Assembly (NCBI GenBank): GCA_038087875.1
Contig: CM075993.1
Location: forward strand, 4,094,001 to 4,158,000
DNA length: 64,000 bases
DNA from: Malacoraja senta
Lineage: Eukaryota
Direction: 5' to 3'
The notes under the pieces were generated by a model. The model saw nothing but the letters and a program-made list of their open reading frames with translations. It was not told the origin of the DNA and ran no database searches. The position numbers were made by a program, and so were the translations under genes. The number at the start of each line of letters is the position of its first letter. Position 1 is the first letter of the stretch. This document shows positions 12,998 to 25,100 of the stretch, one piece after another.

Positions 12998-13479
12998 TTA
13001 GAGCGCCAGAGACTAATGTTCGAACCCGACTGTGGGGGCTTGTCTGTACGGAGTCTGTACATTCTCCCCGTGACCCATGTAGGTTTTCTCCAAGATCATC
13101 GGTTTCCTCCCACAATGCAAAAACGTACAGGTTTGGAGGTTAATTGGCTTGGTATAAATGTAAATGGTCCCTAGTTTGTGTAGGACAGTGTTAATGTGCG
13201 GGGATCGCCTGTTGGTGCAGACTAGGTGGGCAGAAGAGCCTGTTTCCGCACTGTATCTCTAAAGAATACTAAGCAATGACTCATTCCTGCACTCAACACT
13301 TCTTAACAATGGAGGACCTGGCGTAGGGGGACCGCCGTGATGAAGGGGGGCTTGGGGAGAACAAAGGTGGGTCTGGCGCAGGATACTTTGTATCTTTTTC
13401 AGCACCCTTTATGTGGCAACTATTTGCATACCTTGGGAATGTATGCAAAGAATTTCACTGTGACAATAAAGTATTGTAT

Positions 13480-13727
13480 TGGAACAGCATCCCTCTTCCC
13501 ATCCGAACTGCCCCCTCCATCGATTCTTTTAAGTCGAGACTTAAAACTCATCTTTACTCCCAAGCCTTTCCTGACGTCCTCCGAGGGAGGGCTATATGTA
13601 TGTACTTATGTATGTACTTAATCTATGAACCACTGTTGTATAATGTTAGTACCTCCACCAATGTAAAGCACTTTGGTCAACGAGAGTTGTTTTTTAAATG
13701 TGCTATAGAAATAAAAGTGACTTGACT
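13480..13727 (+). mobile_element. L2-clade LINE 3' end
   Basis: WNSIPLPIRTAPSIDSFKSRLKTHLYSQAF; GTAAAGCACTTTG...AATAAA tail. Confidence 0.75.
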
Positions 13728-13965
13728 ATTCATTCATTCATAAACTTGGTAAGAGTGTCACTGAAGTCATAATCTTGTTTCCTTTGACTCTCAGTCTGAA
13801 GAAGTGCCTCGACCCGAAACGTCACCCATTCCTTTTTCTCCAGAGATGCTGTGTGACCCGCTGAGTTACTCCAGCTTTTTGTGTCTATCTCCATCACCTT
13901 CGGTCCGGGTTTTGGGGATTTCCTCCACCGTGTGGGGCGGGAAATGAAACAATTTGTCCCCTTAC

Positions 13966-14105
13966 CTTTGGTCTCCTTGGAGTATGCCAGGCCAATGGTC
14001 AGGGGAGTGCTGTCAATGGCCACACTACACACGGAACAGACAAGAACTCCAAACACAGCGGCAGCAATCCCTCGATGACAGTCGCTCTCCAGGAACCCGG
14101 CTGGA
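13966..14105 (-). CDS. STRA6: STRA6 coding exon 4 (PAGFLESDCHRGIAAAVFGVLVCSVCSVAIDSTPLTIGLAYSKETK)
   Basis: ttttccag acceptor, GTAAG donor; 140 nt, phase 2 to 1; resembles PVDFL...AAVF. Confidence 0.9.
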
Positions 14106-16116
14106 CTGGAAAACAGAGCATCAGACCCATGTTAAAATAGCAGCCGACACCGAACACAACCTATTCCAAGCATCTTGATCAAATACCGTTAGCAATTAGT
14201 TTCAGTTTGGTCTATTGTCATATGTACCGAGATACAGCGAATAGCTTTTGTTGCCTGCTAACCAGTCTGCGGAAAGACAACACATGATTACAATCGAGCC
14301 GTTTACAGTGTATAGATACATGATAAGGGAGTAACGTTTAGCACAAGGTAAAGTCAGCAAAGTCCGGTCAAGGATAGTCCGAGGGTCACCAAAGAGGTAG
14401 ACAGTAGTTCATTAGTAATAGGTAGATAAGATTAGACAGTCTTTGAAGGCAAATACAGTTAATAGAACCATTGATCTCAGTCTAAAGAATGGTTTGGGAC
14501 CAAAATATTTAGCCATGTCCTTCTGGGATGCTTCCTGACCTGTTGTTACTCCAGCTTTGCAGTGATCTTGTGCAACTGGCAAGGAGAGGAAAAACAACCA
14601 TAATAGCATTTTTCAGAGGCTTCATTCAACAGGTTGATATTTAGTGTTACATCTACAGGCATTGAGGCGTTTTCTGCGAACAGCTCCGACACCAACATGG
14701 AGGAGGGTAATTTGGTGCAGCTGGTATAGGTGCTGCCTCCCATGCCAGGGGCCCGGGTTCAATCCCGACCTCAGATGCTGTCTGTGTGGAGATTGCACAT
14801 TCTCCGTGTGACTGTGTGGATGTCCTTCGGGTGCTCATGTTCGTAAGTTATAGGAGCAGAATTAGGCCATTCAGCCCATCAGGTTTCCTTTGCCATTCAA
14901 TGATGGCTGGTCTATCTTTCCCTCTCAACCCCATTCTCCTGCCTTCTCCCTATAACCCGATACTAATCAAGAATCCGTCAATCTCCGCCTTACAAAATAT
15001 CCATTGACTTGGCCTCCACAGTTTTGGGACTCAAATGATGCGATAGTCCCTGCCTCAACTACCTCCTCTGGCAACTTGTTCCATACATCCACCACCCTTT
15101 GCGTGAAGAAGTTACCCCTCAGATTCCCCTCCAGGATGCTCCGTTTTCCTTCCATCTTCAAAGACCTGCAGGGTTATCGATCAATTGGCCTCTAAAATTG
15201 CCCCTGGTTCGCAGGGGGTGCATGAGAAAGTGCTGACTGGAGAGCGTGCAAGAAAAGCTTGTCACCGTACCTTGGTAAACGTGACAAGCTAAACTCAACA
15301 CAACTGTATCTCATCTCTTTGGATAGCATACAAGAGGGGGAAAAAACCTTTTCACAGTACTTCAGCACACGGGACAATAATTAACGTAAACTCGGACTGG
15401 CGTTGCCAAGTGGCGAAATGGAACACCAAACAGAAAAGCACTTCGCAACAACAGGAAACTTGGATAGTCCAAATACTACTTGTGATAACAGATCCAAATT
15501 CTGAGCGGGAGGCGAGTGAAAAGAAAGGAATGAAAGCCTTGTATGGATTTTTGAACAGCGTTCGGAATAAGGATCAGTTGCAAGGACCATTACAGAATAC
15601 AGTCACACATTCCTAGTGGGGATTAACCTAGTTAATTTTTAAAGAAAAAGAAAAAGATCCCTCAGCAAAATCCCAATTTAATGAGCGCGAGACTGGTTCA
15701 CTGGGGGGTGGAGGGCTTAGGAGATTTTCATTGGGGGGGGGGGGGGCCCAGAAAGGTACAAGTGAGAAAAAAATACCACTTTGGACAATGAAGAGGAAAT
15801 CAAAAAGTTATCCTTTTCCAGGGAGTTGCTACACTTCCAGTTTATATGTTCCATGTATTAAGTGTTTTTATAACTGTTGGCAGATCAATTTGCCTCCTGA
15901 GGTAAAATAAAATTCGATCGTATATATTCGGGAATGGGAGCTTAAAAGTACTTTGGGACTGTTTTTGGTCGGATGTTGGTTTAAAGGAACACAGACTAGG
16001 CAGGCTTGCTTGTTTAAACAGGACGGGGGTGAGAAGGTCTTGGTACTGCTGGCTCGTCAGGCGGGGATGCATCTACACCCAGTGTCAAGGCTCTGACCTC
16101 AGGAATTCCGCAGCCT

Positions 16117-16133
16117 GGTTCACTCAGGGTTCA
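16117..16133 (+). promoter_or_regulatory. Candidate DR5 retinoic acid response element in STRA6 intron
   Basis: GGTTCA-CTCAG-GGTTCA, exact RGKTCA-N5-RGKTCA; extra half-site TGACCT at 16094-16099. Confidence 0.55.
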
Positions 16134-16171
16134 GGCAGCGAGCGGGGGGGGGGGGGGAGGAGACACTTAAC

Positions 16172-16257
16172 TGCAACAGGCCGGGAGCTCCACCGCAGCA
16201 ACTCCTCCACATCCACCTGCGCTTCACAAAGAGCGACAGGAACACAAGCACCACAAC
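16172..16257 (-). CDS. STRA6: STRA6 coding exon 3 (VVVLVFLSLFVKRRWMWRSCCGGAPGLL)
   Basis: Good acceptor; 86 nt, phase 0 to 2, fits both neighbours; resembles [27 protein letters not shown]; atypical donor GTTAAG. Confidence 0.85.
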
Positions 16258-17173
16258 CTGCAACAGAGAACGCAGAAACAAACTCAGTCACTCCGTCCCC
16301 GGGCACCTCCGTGGTTGCATTAATCACAGCCTCCTCCACCACCACCCAGGGAATCACTATTTCGAGTGAGAGATGGGGTGCACCGTTCAATTAGATCATC
16401 ATTATTCTACATCCAGTCCAATTCGCCACCTTTGCTCCTACTTTAAAGAAAAGCCATTGATTTTAGAAGATAGGACCTACGGATGTCCCACTGGATTACA
16501 GGTTTACGACATGTTGTCCTTGTCATAAGCGTCTTACACCGTGGAAACAGGCCTTTCGGCCCAACTTGCCCGCATCAGCCAACCTGTCCCATCTACACTT
16601 GTCCCACCTGCTGCGTTTGGTCCATATCCCTCCAAACCGGTCCCATCCATGTACCCATTTCTTAAATGTTGTGATAGTCCCAGCCTCAACTACCTCCTCT
16701 GGCAGCTTGTTCCATACACCCACCAACCTTTGTGTGAAAAAGTTACCCCACAGATTCCTATTAAATCTCTTCCCCTTCTCCTTAAACCTATGTCCTCTGG
16801 TCCTTGATTCGCCTACTCTGGGCAAGAGACTGTGTGCATCTGCCCGATCGGTCGGCATGGGCAGCTTGTTCCATACACCCACCGCCCATTGTGTGAAAAA
16901 GTTACCCACCAGATTCTTATTAAATCTCCCCCCCTCCCACTCACTTTAAACCTCTCTGCTTCTCGATTCCCCTACTCTGTACGTCTACTCGATCTATTCA
17001 TCTCATGATCTAATACACCTCTATAAAGATCACACATCATCCTCCTAGAGTCCCAACCTGCTCAACCTCTCCCTATAGCTCAGGCCCTCGAGTCCTGGCA
17101 ACATCCTGGGAAATCTCCTCTGAGCCCTTTCCTATAACATGGTGCCCAGAAACTGAACACAATACTCTAAATT

Positions 17174-17921
17174 GTTTAAGAAGGAACTGCTGATGCTGGA
17201 AAATCGAAGGTAGACAAAAATGCTGGAGAAACTCAGCGGGTGAGGCAGCATCTATGGAGCGAAGGAAATAGGCAACGTTTCGGGTCGAGACCCTTCTTCA
17301 GACTGATGTGAGGGTGGGGGAGGGGGAAGAAGAAAGGAAGAGACGGAGACAGCGGGCTGAGGGAGAGCTGAGAAGGGGAGGAGAAAGCAAGGACTACCTG
17401 AAATTAGAGAAGTCAATGTTCATACCGCTGGGGTGTAAACTACCCAAGCGAAATATGAGGCGCTGCTCCTCCAGTTTACGGTGGGACTCACTCTGGCCAC
17501 GGATGAGGCCCTGGACAGAAAGGTCAGATTCAGAATGGGAGGGGGAGTTGAAGTGCTGAGCCACCCCGGGAGATCAGGTTGGTTATTGCGAACCAAGGTG
17601 GTGGGCGAAGCGATCGCCGAGCGTACGCTTGGTCTCACCGATGTAGAGCAGCGGATGCAATAGATGAGGTTGGAGGAGGTGCTAGTGAACCTCTGCCGCA
17701 CCTGGAAAGTCTTTTCAGTTAACACCCGAACATTGACTTCCCTAATTTCAGGTAGTCCCGGCTTTCTCTTCCCCTTCTCAGCTCTCCCTCAGCCCACTAT
17801 CTCCGCCTCTTCCTTCCTTCCTTCTTCCCGCCCTCCCTCCCCCCACACACACTCACATCAGTCTGAAGAAGGGTCTCAACCCGAAACGTTGCCTATTTTC
17901 TTCGCTCCATAGATGCTGCCT
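17174..17921 (-). mobile_element. Penelope-like insertion with inverted duplicated 3' end
   Basis: Degenerate GIY-YIG at 17420-17705 (-); inverted 3'UTR/HHR copy at about 17725-17921 (+); TSD CACAATACTCTAAATT (17158-17173 / 17922-17937). Confidence 0.88.
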
Positions 17922-18459
17922 CACAATACTCTAAATTTATATTGTGAAGCCCTGTTGGCCATCTTGATTAAACCAATTATCCCAAGCATGGGAAGAGGCC
18001 ACGCTGTCCTCAAAACTAAAGCAAACGGAAGGAACTGCAGATGCTGAATATAGACAAAATGCTGGAGTAACTCAACAGGCCAGGCAGCATCTCTGGAGAG
18101 AAGGAATGGGTGACGTTTCAGGTCGAGACCCTTCTGAAGACTTTAGACTAACAAATAAATTCTTCGTACCTGGTTATCAATCCCATATTACCACACCTTA
18201 CCGTTGGATTTTCTGGTGAAGTTATCATGACAGGCTGCTCCCAGCATAGTTTTAAATCCCACTCATAGGATTGCCGGTTTGGGGGCAGAATCTTTGATAC
18301 AGATATCACCGTTTGCTTTTAATAGTCCAACCACATCCAGGGTAAAAACAAACTTGCCGTTGGTGAAGCCATCTATTACACCCACAGCCAGTCAATTACT
18401 TTGAAGTTAGCCCCGGCCACAACAGCCCCATGGAGCGCAAATGGGAAAAATCCAAGATA

Positions 18460-18710
18460 GACACAAAATGCTGGAGTAACTCAGCGGGACAGGCAGCATC
18501 TCTGGAGAGAAGGATGTGGGTGACACAAAATGCTGGAGTAACTCAGCGGGACAGGCAGCATCTCTGGAGAGAAGGAATGGGTGACACAAAATGCTGGAGT
18601 AACTCAGCGGGACAGGCAGCATCTCTGGAGAGAAGGATGTGGGCGACACAAAATGCTGGAGTAACTCAGCGGGACAGGCAGCATCTCTGGAGAGAAGGAA
18701 TGGGTGACAC
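18460..18710 (-). repeat. Four tandem ~62-bp copies of the Penelope terminal-repeat tail
   Basis: GACACAAAATGCTGGAGTAACTCAGCGGGACAGGCAGCATCTCTGGAGAGAAGG... x4, alternating two variants. Confidence 0.9.
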
Positions 18711-20404
18711 AATAATTTTCAAGTGTTGGAGGAAGGGTATACAGGAGCTTGGACCCGGAGATTTTTTCCCCAACATAGTGCTGCTTGATTGAAAGGCATC
18801 CGAGGTGCAGATGTGATTTGTGTTAACTATCCTGTTCAACAATGCAGAATGCTCCCCAAAACCTGGGCACCGAATTCCTAAACACAGCAGGGATATGCCC
18901 TTCAGTCCACAATATCTGCGCAGAACACGATAAGACACAAGATGCTGGAGTAACTCAGCGGGACAGGCAGCATCCATGGAGCGAAGGAACGGGTTGTCGA
19001 CCCAAAACGTCACCCATTCTTTCTCGCCAGGGATGCTGCCTGTCCCACTTGGGCGTCATTTACGCGACATCATTTACGTGTCACGACGCACACGTGGTGC
19101 GCATTACGCGTGCGTGGTGACGCTAGGCGCCCCAAGACTTTTGGGATGTATAAAATCTTCGCGCGTGCCATCTGCGTGACGCGCAAGTGAGACGCGTTTT
19201 GCATTTTGCACCTATCGTCGGCGTAGACCAGCACCTGTAGTTCCTTCCTACACGAATTAGAGGGACATCAAGTCAAGATTATTCGTCACATACACATACG
19301 AGATGTACAGTGAAATGAGAAGGGGCAATGCTTGCGGATTGTGCAAAAAAACAAACACAAACTACAAACAGAATCACATGTTACATATTTGTGGGAGGAA
19401 AGAAAAAGGAAAAAACAGCAATTGTAATAAACATTTGAAATGGCACAGTAAATAAAGTTAGTCCCTGGTGAGATAGGGACTAACTTTAACTCCTTCTCAT
19501 CCTCTCCGCTCTCACAGCATGGCAACGGAGGCGTCTGCCTGACTAGCTAAACGCAGACTAATGTAGATGGGACACCGTGGGCAGAGGGGTCGGTTTCCAT
19601 GCTGTATGACACCATGATGTTAAATTACACTAGTCCCTTTCATCCACACACCAACCAGGTCCCTTCATTCCCCGACTAAAAGCCTCTTAATTGCCGTTAT
19701 CTTATCTCCTTCAAGCATCAACTCAGGCATCACATTCCCAGGATCTACAATGGCAAAGCAGTAAGAAATCATGGTGCAACCTCACACCAAGGGACATTTA
19801 TAATTTACTTTAAGAAGCTGTTCAAAAAGGAACTGCAGATGCTGGAAAATCGAAGGTAGACAAAAGTGCTGGAGAAACCCAGCGGGTGAGGCAGCATCTA
19901 TGGAGCGAAGGAAATAGGCAACGTTTCGGGCCGAAACCCTGAAGGAAATAGGCAACGTTTCGGGCCGAAACCCGGAAGGGTTTCGTCCCGAGACGTTGCC
20001 TATTTCTTTCGCTCCATAGATGCTGCCTCACCCGCTGAGTTTCTCCAGCATTTTTGTCTACCTTCGATTTTCCAGCATCTGCAGTTCCTTCTTGGACAGC
20101 TTCTTAAAGTAAATTATAAATGTCCCTTGGTGTGGATTTCGGCCCGAAACGTTGCCTATTTCCTTCAGGGGTTTTCAGCCCGAAACGTTGCCTATTTCCT
20201 TCGCTCCATAGATGCTGCCGCACCAGAGGGCTGAATAATTTATTAATTTTTCAGCCCTCGCCTTTCACTGGGAGAAAGAAATATATAGTACAACGGGGGA
20301 GATAGGGGAGAGCAATTAATTAGGCTAGAAAAGGCGTACAATGCTCCCCACCCCCCCCACCACACTTGAAAAAACACGCGTTACAAGTGGGGTTGTAAAC
20401 TTAC

Positions 20405-20468
20405 AGAGACGCCTGCCGCAGTGATATGAAACAAATCAACTCGGATAATGGGATTGCACGGAACTAAC
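20405..20468 (-). CDS. STRA6: STRA6 coding exon 2 (ELVPCNPIIRVDLFHITAAGVS)
   Basis: Pyrimidine tract plus CAG acceptor, GTAAGT donor; 64 nt, phase 2 to 0; resembles [21 protein letters not shown]. Confidence 0.88.
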
Positions 20469-20563
20469 CTGCAGATGAAAGGAAAAGCACAAGAGAAATG
20501 AAGGCAAAACCATTACTGAAAAAACAAACTCAATTATCTATATAAAACAGAAGGCAAACATAC

Positions 20564-20646
20564 TCAGCGGGAAGAGTCGTGTCCACAGGATCATCGATAT
20601 ACCAGTCTGTATAATCCATATAGTTCACTTCGTCTTTGGACTCCAT
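20564..20646 (-). CDS. STRA6: STRA6 coding exon 1 (MESKDEVNYMDYTDWYIDDPVDTTLPA)
   Basis: ATG at 20646; DYxxWYID motif resembles the STRA6 N-terminus (DYSYGSWYIDEP); donor GTATGT; 83 nt, ends phase 2. Confidence 0.88.
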
Positions 20647-21532
20647 TGCGTGTTCGTTACCTGGATTACAATGCGGCTCTGATCCTCGAGCTGCTTGCTG
20701 TATTTTAAATCTCGGGTACCTTGTTGCTCCGAGTCCCTGGTGCAGTAATCCAGATCAGATCAGTGCAAGTGTTCCACAAGTCTGCTTTGATGAATGGATT
20801 TCTCTGCGCCTCCTACTTCTGGGCTAATACCTTTGGGACAAGCTTTGAGGTGGTTCACACTGTGGGAGGGGGTGGGGGAGGAGAAAAGAAAACAAATGGG
20901 CTGGTCACAGTTTGAGATGAGAGCCACAGAAAACAACAGTTTCTCTTAAACCGGCACATTGGCTGCAGGCAAGATCAGAAAAAAAAAATCTTGCATTTCG
21001 CTAAGATTTTTTTTTTTTTAAACTGGTTTATTAACAAAACACTATTGTAAAGCCAACACACAACTTGGCAAAGAGGTTTGCTGCTTCTAAGGAGTTGGAT
21101 TGAAAATACTTTGCAATAAAAAGACTGCAGAACAGCAATTGCAGAGTGAAACCAAGTCTTGTAAAATTGCACATTAAGCCACAAATTACAATGCCATGTA
21201 GAGGAGGAAAACAAACCTCCAGAGTAGGGTTTTGAAATAACGCTAAAGTCCAATTGCGTTATGAGCATCGAGCTAGATTGCCGAGCTGGCTGGCTCCATG
21301 CTAACCAACTCAGCAGGAGGCCAACAGGAGTGGAGGCATCCAAACAGATGGCTAATCACCTCTCTCAGCCCACCAGGTAGTCTTGGAGCAGAGTGTTCCA
21401 GTTAACACAAACACAAGTGAATACACGAACGTGCATTTACCAAACATTTTATTTCACTTCCCGAGGTCATTGGTGCGCAGGGTTTGCAGGCAAAATGGCA
21501 ACAGCAGAGTCCCAGACATGAGATAAATGACA

Positions 21533-22143
21533 GGTACACAAAAATGCTGGAGAAACTCAGCGGGTGCAGCAGCATCTATGGAGCGAAGGAAATAGGTAAC
21601 GTTTCGGGCCGAAACCCTTCTTCAGACTGATAGGGGGTGGGGAGAAGAAAGGAAAAAAGGAAAAAGGCGGAGGAGGAGCCCGAGGGCTGGGGGAGGGGAG
21701 GAGACAACCAGAGGGCTGATGAAGGGGAGGGGACAGCAAGGGCTAGCAGAATTGGGAGAATTCAATGTTCAAACCCCCAGGATGTAGACTGCCCAAGCGG
21801 AATATGAGGTGCATTTCCTCCAATTTACGGTGTTGCTCGCTGTGGCCATGGAGGAGACCCAGGACAGAGAGGTCAGATACGGAATGGGAGGGGGAGTTGA
21901 AGTGCTGAGCCACCGGGAGTTCAGGTTGGTTATTGCGGACCGACCGGAGGTGTTCGGCGAAACGATCGCCAAGCCTCCGCCTGCTCTCACCGATGTAGAT
22001 CAGCTGGCATCTAGAGCAGCGAATGCAATAGATGAGGTTGGAGGAGATGCAGGTGAACCTCTGTCGCACCTGGAACGACTGCTTGGGTCCTTGAATGGAG
22101 TGGAGGGGGGAGGTGAAGGGACAAGTGTTGCATCTCTTGCGGT
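21533..22143 (-). mobile_element. Penelope-like element 3' fragment: GIY-YIG endonuclease C-terminus, 3'UTR and hammerhead-bearing terminal repeat
   Basis: FTCISSNLIYCIRCSRCQLIYIGES...RFAEH...VAQHFN...E...GLN; HHR motif at 21598-21625; TSD AGATAAATGAC (21521-21531 / 22152-22162). Confidence 0.9.
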
Positions 22144-25100
22144 AAATGACAAGATAAATGACCACTTGTGAACTGGGAGCAGGAGAAAGCCACCCAGCCC
22201 CTCTACCCTGCTCTGCTATTCCAACAATATCTAGGTTGCTGGAGTATCTCAGTGGGACAAGCAGCATCTCTGGAGAAAAGGAATGGGTGACGTTTCAGGT
22301 CTTCAGTCTGAAGAAGGGCCACAACCCGAAACGTAGTAAATTCCAATAGACACTAGGTGCAGGAGTAGGCCATTCGGCCCTTCAAGCCAGCACCGCCATT
22401 CAATGTGATCACAGCTGATCATCCTCAATCAGTACCCCGTTCCTGCCTTCTCCCCATATCCCCCGACTCCGCTATCTTTAAGAGCTCTATCTAGCTCTCT
22501 CTTGAAAGTATCCAGAGAACTGGCCTCCACTGCCCTCCGAGGCAAATTCCTTCTCTCCAGAGATGCTGCTTGTCCCGCTGAGTTACTCCAGCATTTTGTA
22601 TCTATCTTCGGTGTAAACCAGCATCTGCAGTTCCTTCCTACACAAGATCTAGGCTGCTCCAGTCACAACTGCTTTCCTTTCTGTAATCAATCTTAAATAT
22701 TCAAAAGCCAACTAAGTTGCTGGATGGGGGAGGAATGGCTAAAAGGGTAGACAAGTTCATTTCGCCAGCTACCCTACACTCTGGCAACAAGTGGGATCAA
22801 TCACAATCACAATAATACAAGTTTGTGTAAATGTCTTCTGGTTTGTTTTATGTGGGGGGAGGGGGAAACTTTTATTTCGGTTTCTTACCTTGCCGGAGAT
22901 GCGATTAATTTCCCGGATCGCATCTCCAGTCACTCTGCCCCAAACGTCACCCATTCTTTCTATCCAGAAATGCTGCCTGTCCCACTGAGTTACTCCAGCT
23001 TTCTCGTCTCTCCTTCTCACTTCCATTTGTCTTTTCATCTCTGGCCTTTATCCAACCATTTGCCAATCAATACCTCCCCCTCACCTGTATCCATCAATCA
23101 GATGCTAGGCTTTGTCTCAACTCCACCTTACTATCTAAAGAAGGGTCTCGGTCCAAAGCGTCACCCATTCCTTCTCTCCAGAGATGCTGCCTGACCTGCT
23201 GAGTTACTCCAGCACTTTGAGTCTTTTTTTGTAAACCAACATCTGCAGCTACTTGTGTCCACATCAACGGCTTGTTCCCAAGTGACTAGGAAACAGACTC
23301 AAACTGGGATGCAAGAACAGAGTACGTGTAGGAAGGAACTGCAGATGCTGGTTTACACCAGAGATAAGACACAAAATGCTGGAGTAACTCAGCGGGACAG
23401 GCAGCATCTCTGGAGAGAAGGAATGGGCGATGTTTTGGGTCGAGACCCATCTTCAGATTTATGTGATGGGACCAACACAAGATATCTGCTCTCATTTCTC
23501 ATCCAGAGTAAGTTCATAAGTGCAGTATTAGGCCATTCAGCCCATCGAGCTTACTCCTGGCTGATCCATCTTTCCCTCATCTCCCTTCTCCTGCCTTCTC
23601 CCCATAAGCCCCGACACCCATGCTAATCAAGAATCTGTAAATCTCTGCCTTAAAAGTACCCAATGACTTGGCCTCCACAGCCGTCTGCGGCAATGAATTC
23701 CACAGATTCACCACCCCCGACTGAAGAATCTCATCTGATTTCTAAAGGAACATCTATTTATTCCGAGGCTGTGCCCTCTGGTCCTGGACTCTCCCACTAG
23801 TGGAAACCTCCTCTCCACATCCACTCTATCCAGGCCATTCGCTATGCGGTAAATTTCATTAAGCCAGTCCCTCCTCATCCTTCTAAACTAAGATTGCCCT
23901 GGTCACGCCAGTATCCACATTCCTGGCAGCTTCAATGGAATTCGCCCATTGGGAAATTCATCCTGAATGGAGTCATTCCCACAAAGCTCCCGAATCCGTC
24001 GATCCACCTCCTCCAGTCACTCATTTCCTCTCAGTAATTCCCAGTCCAACATCTTCTGTCTTGACTCATCTTTTTACCAGCATCCATGGGCTCAAAGAGT
24101 CCCATTACGTAAGCAGTGATTGAACTGCACTTTTTTTCCTCCAGCTGTGTGTTTTATGTCCAGATCGTAGCCTTCTCTGAACTGGAGAAACCAAATATCA
24201 CCGGTTGCACTGTAAATAGCTCGTTCTAAGCTTCCCCCCAGTCTAGTTTCAGTCAAAAACCACATAATCAAGCGCTTGATTAAACACAATTACAGTTCAA
24301 CTACTATACCTAACCACCGCAGGTTCGATCCTTGTATCTGCCTGTTCAAGCCCTCTAGAATCTAGATCAAGTGTCTCAAACAGAGACACTCCAGAAGGTC
24401 AAGCAGTCCCAAGATTTCTCTCAGAAGATCAATGCAGGACCTCGTGGGAGCAGTCTTTTATGGGTCCCCGAACCTTGAGGGGCCAAACCACTTGGGGGTG
24501 GTCTCTTTACGATCCAATTACAGATATCGATTAACCCCATACATGACAGACATTTCCCTAACCCAATAACACAGTGGCTAATACATTGTATTCAAACAGT
24601 GTTTCTCAAACAGGAAGCAAACCTCGCAACATCTACCCTGATATGCAAGAAAACCAGTCAAGGCTCAATACCTCATCCAATCAACATTCAGCAAAGTAAA
24701 GCTTTGCAACATTATTTACAAGGTGTAGGTCTGGTTTGCAGTCATCCAATCCATTCTACGCATTTTGCACACAATTGTCAGGGTCTGCAGATGTTCCCAT
24801 TCTCTTCCTGCAGCTCAGATCTGGGCTCTAGACAAACTGGCACCATTCTGCAGCTTGTCCCAGTTCTGCACTTTCAAATTGACCAAATGGCCTAGCAGCC
24901 CTGAAGCCTTTACTCAATTTTAGAGTCCTAGCCTCCCCAATCTGGCCAGGATTAACAGCACAACAAATAATGCTGGCGTCTCATAGCTTCAGGGACTGGG
25001 GTCCAATCCTGACCTCCAGCAAGGCCCATTTAAAGTCTGTATATGTTCCCTGTGACCGTTTGGATTTCCTCCAGGTGTGCCGGCTTCTTCCCTCATCCTA

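Noticed and set aside
15384..15500. Possible extra STRA6 exon after a pyrimidine-rich acceptor
   Set aside because: No STRA6-like translation and no good donor; flanking exons already join in frame.
18165..18290. Alternative candidate for STRA6 exon 3
   Set aside because: Has a donor but no similarity or good acceptor; 16172-16257 fits sequence, length and phase.
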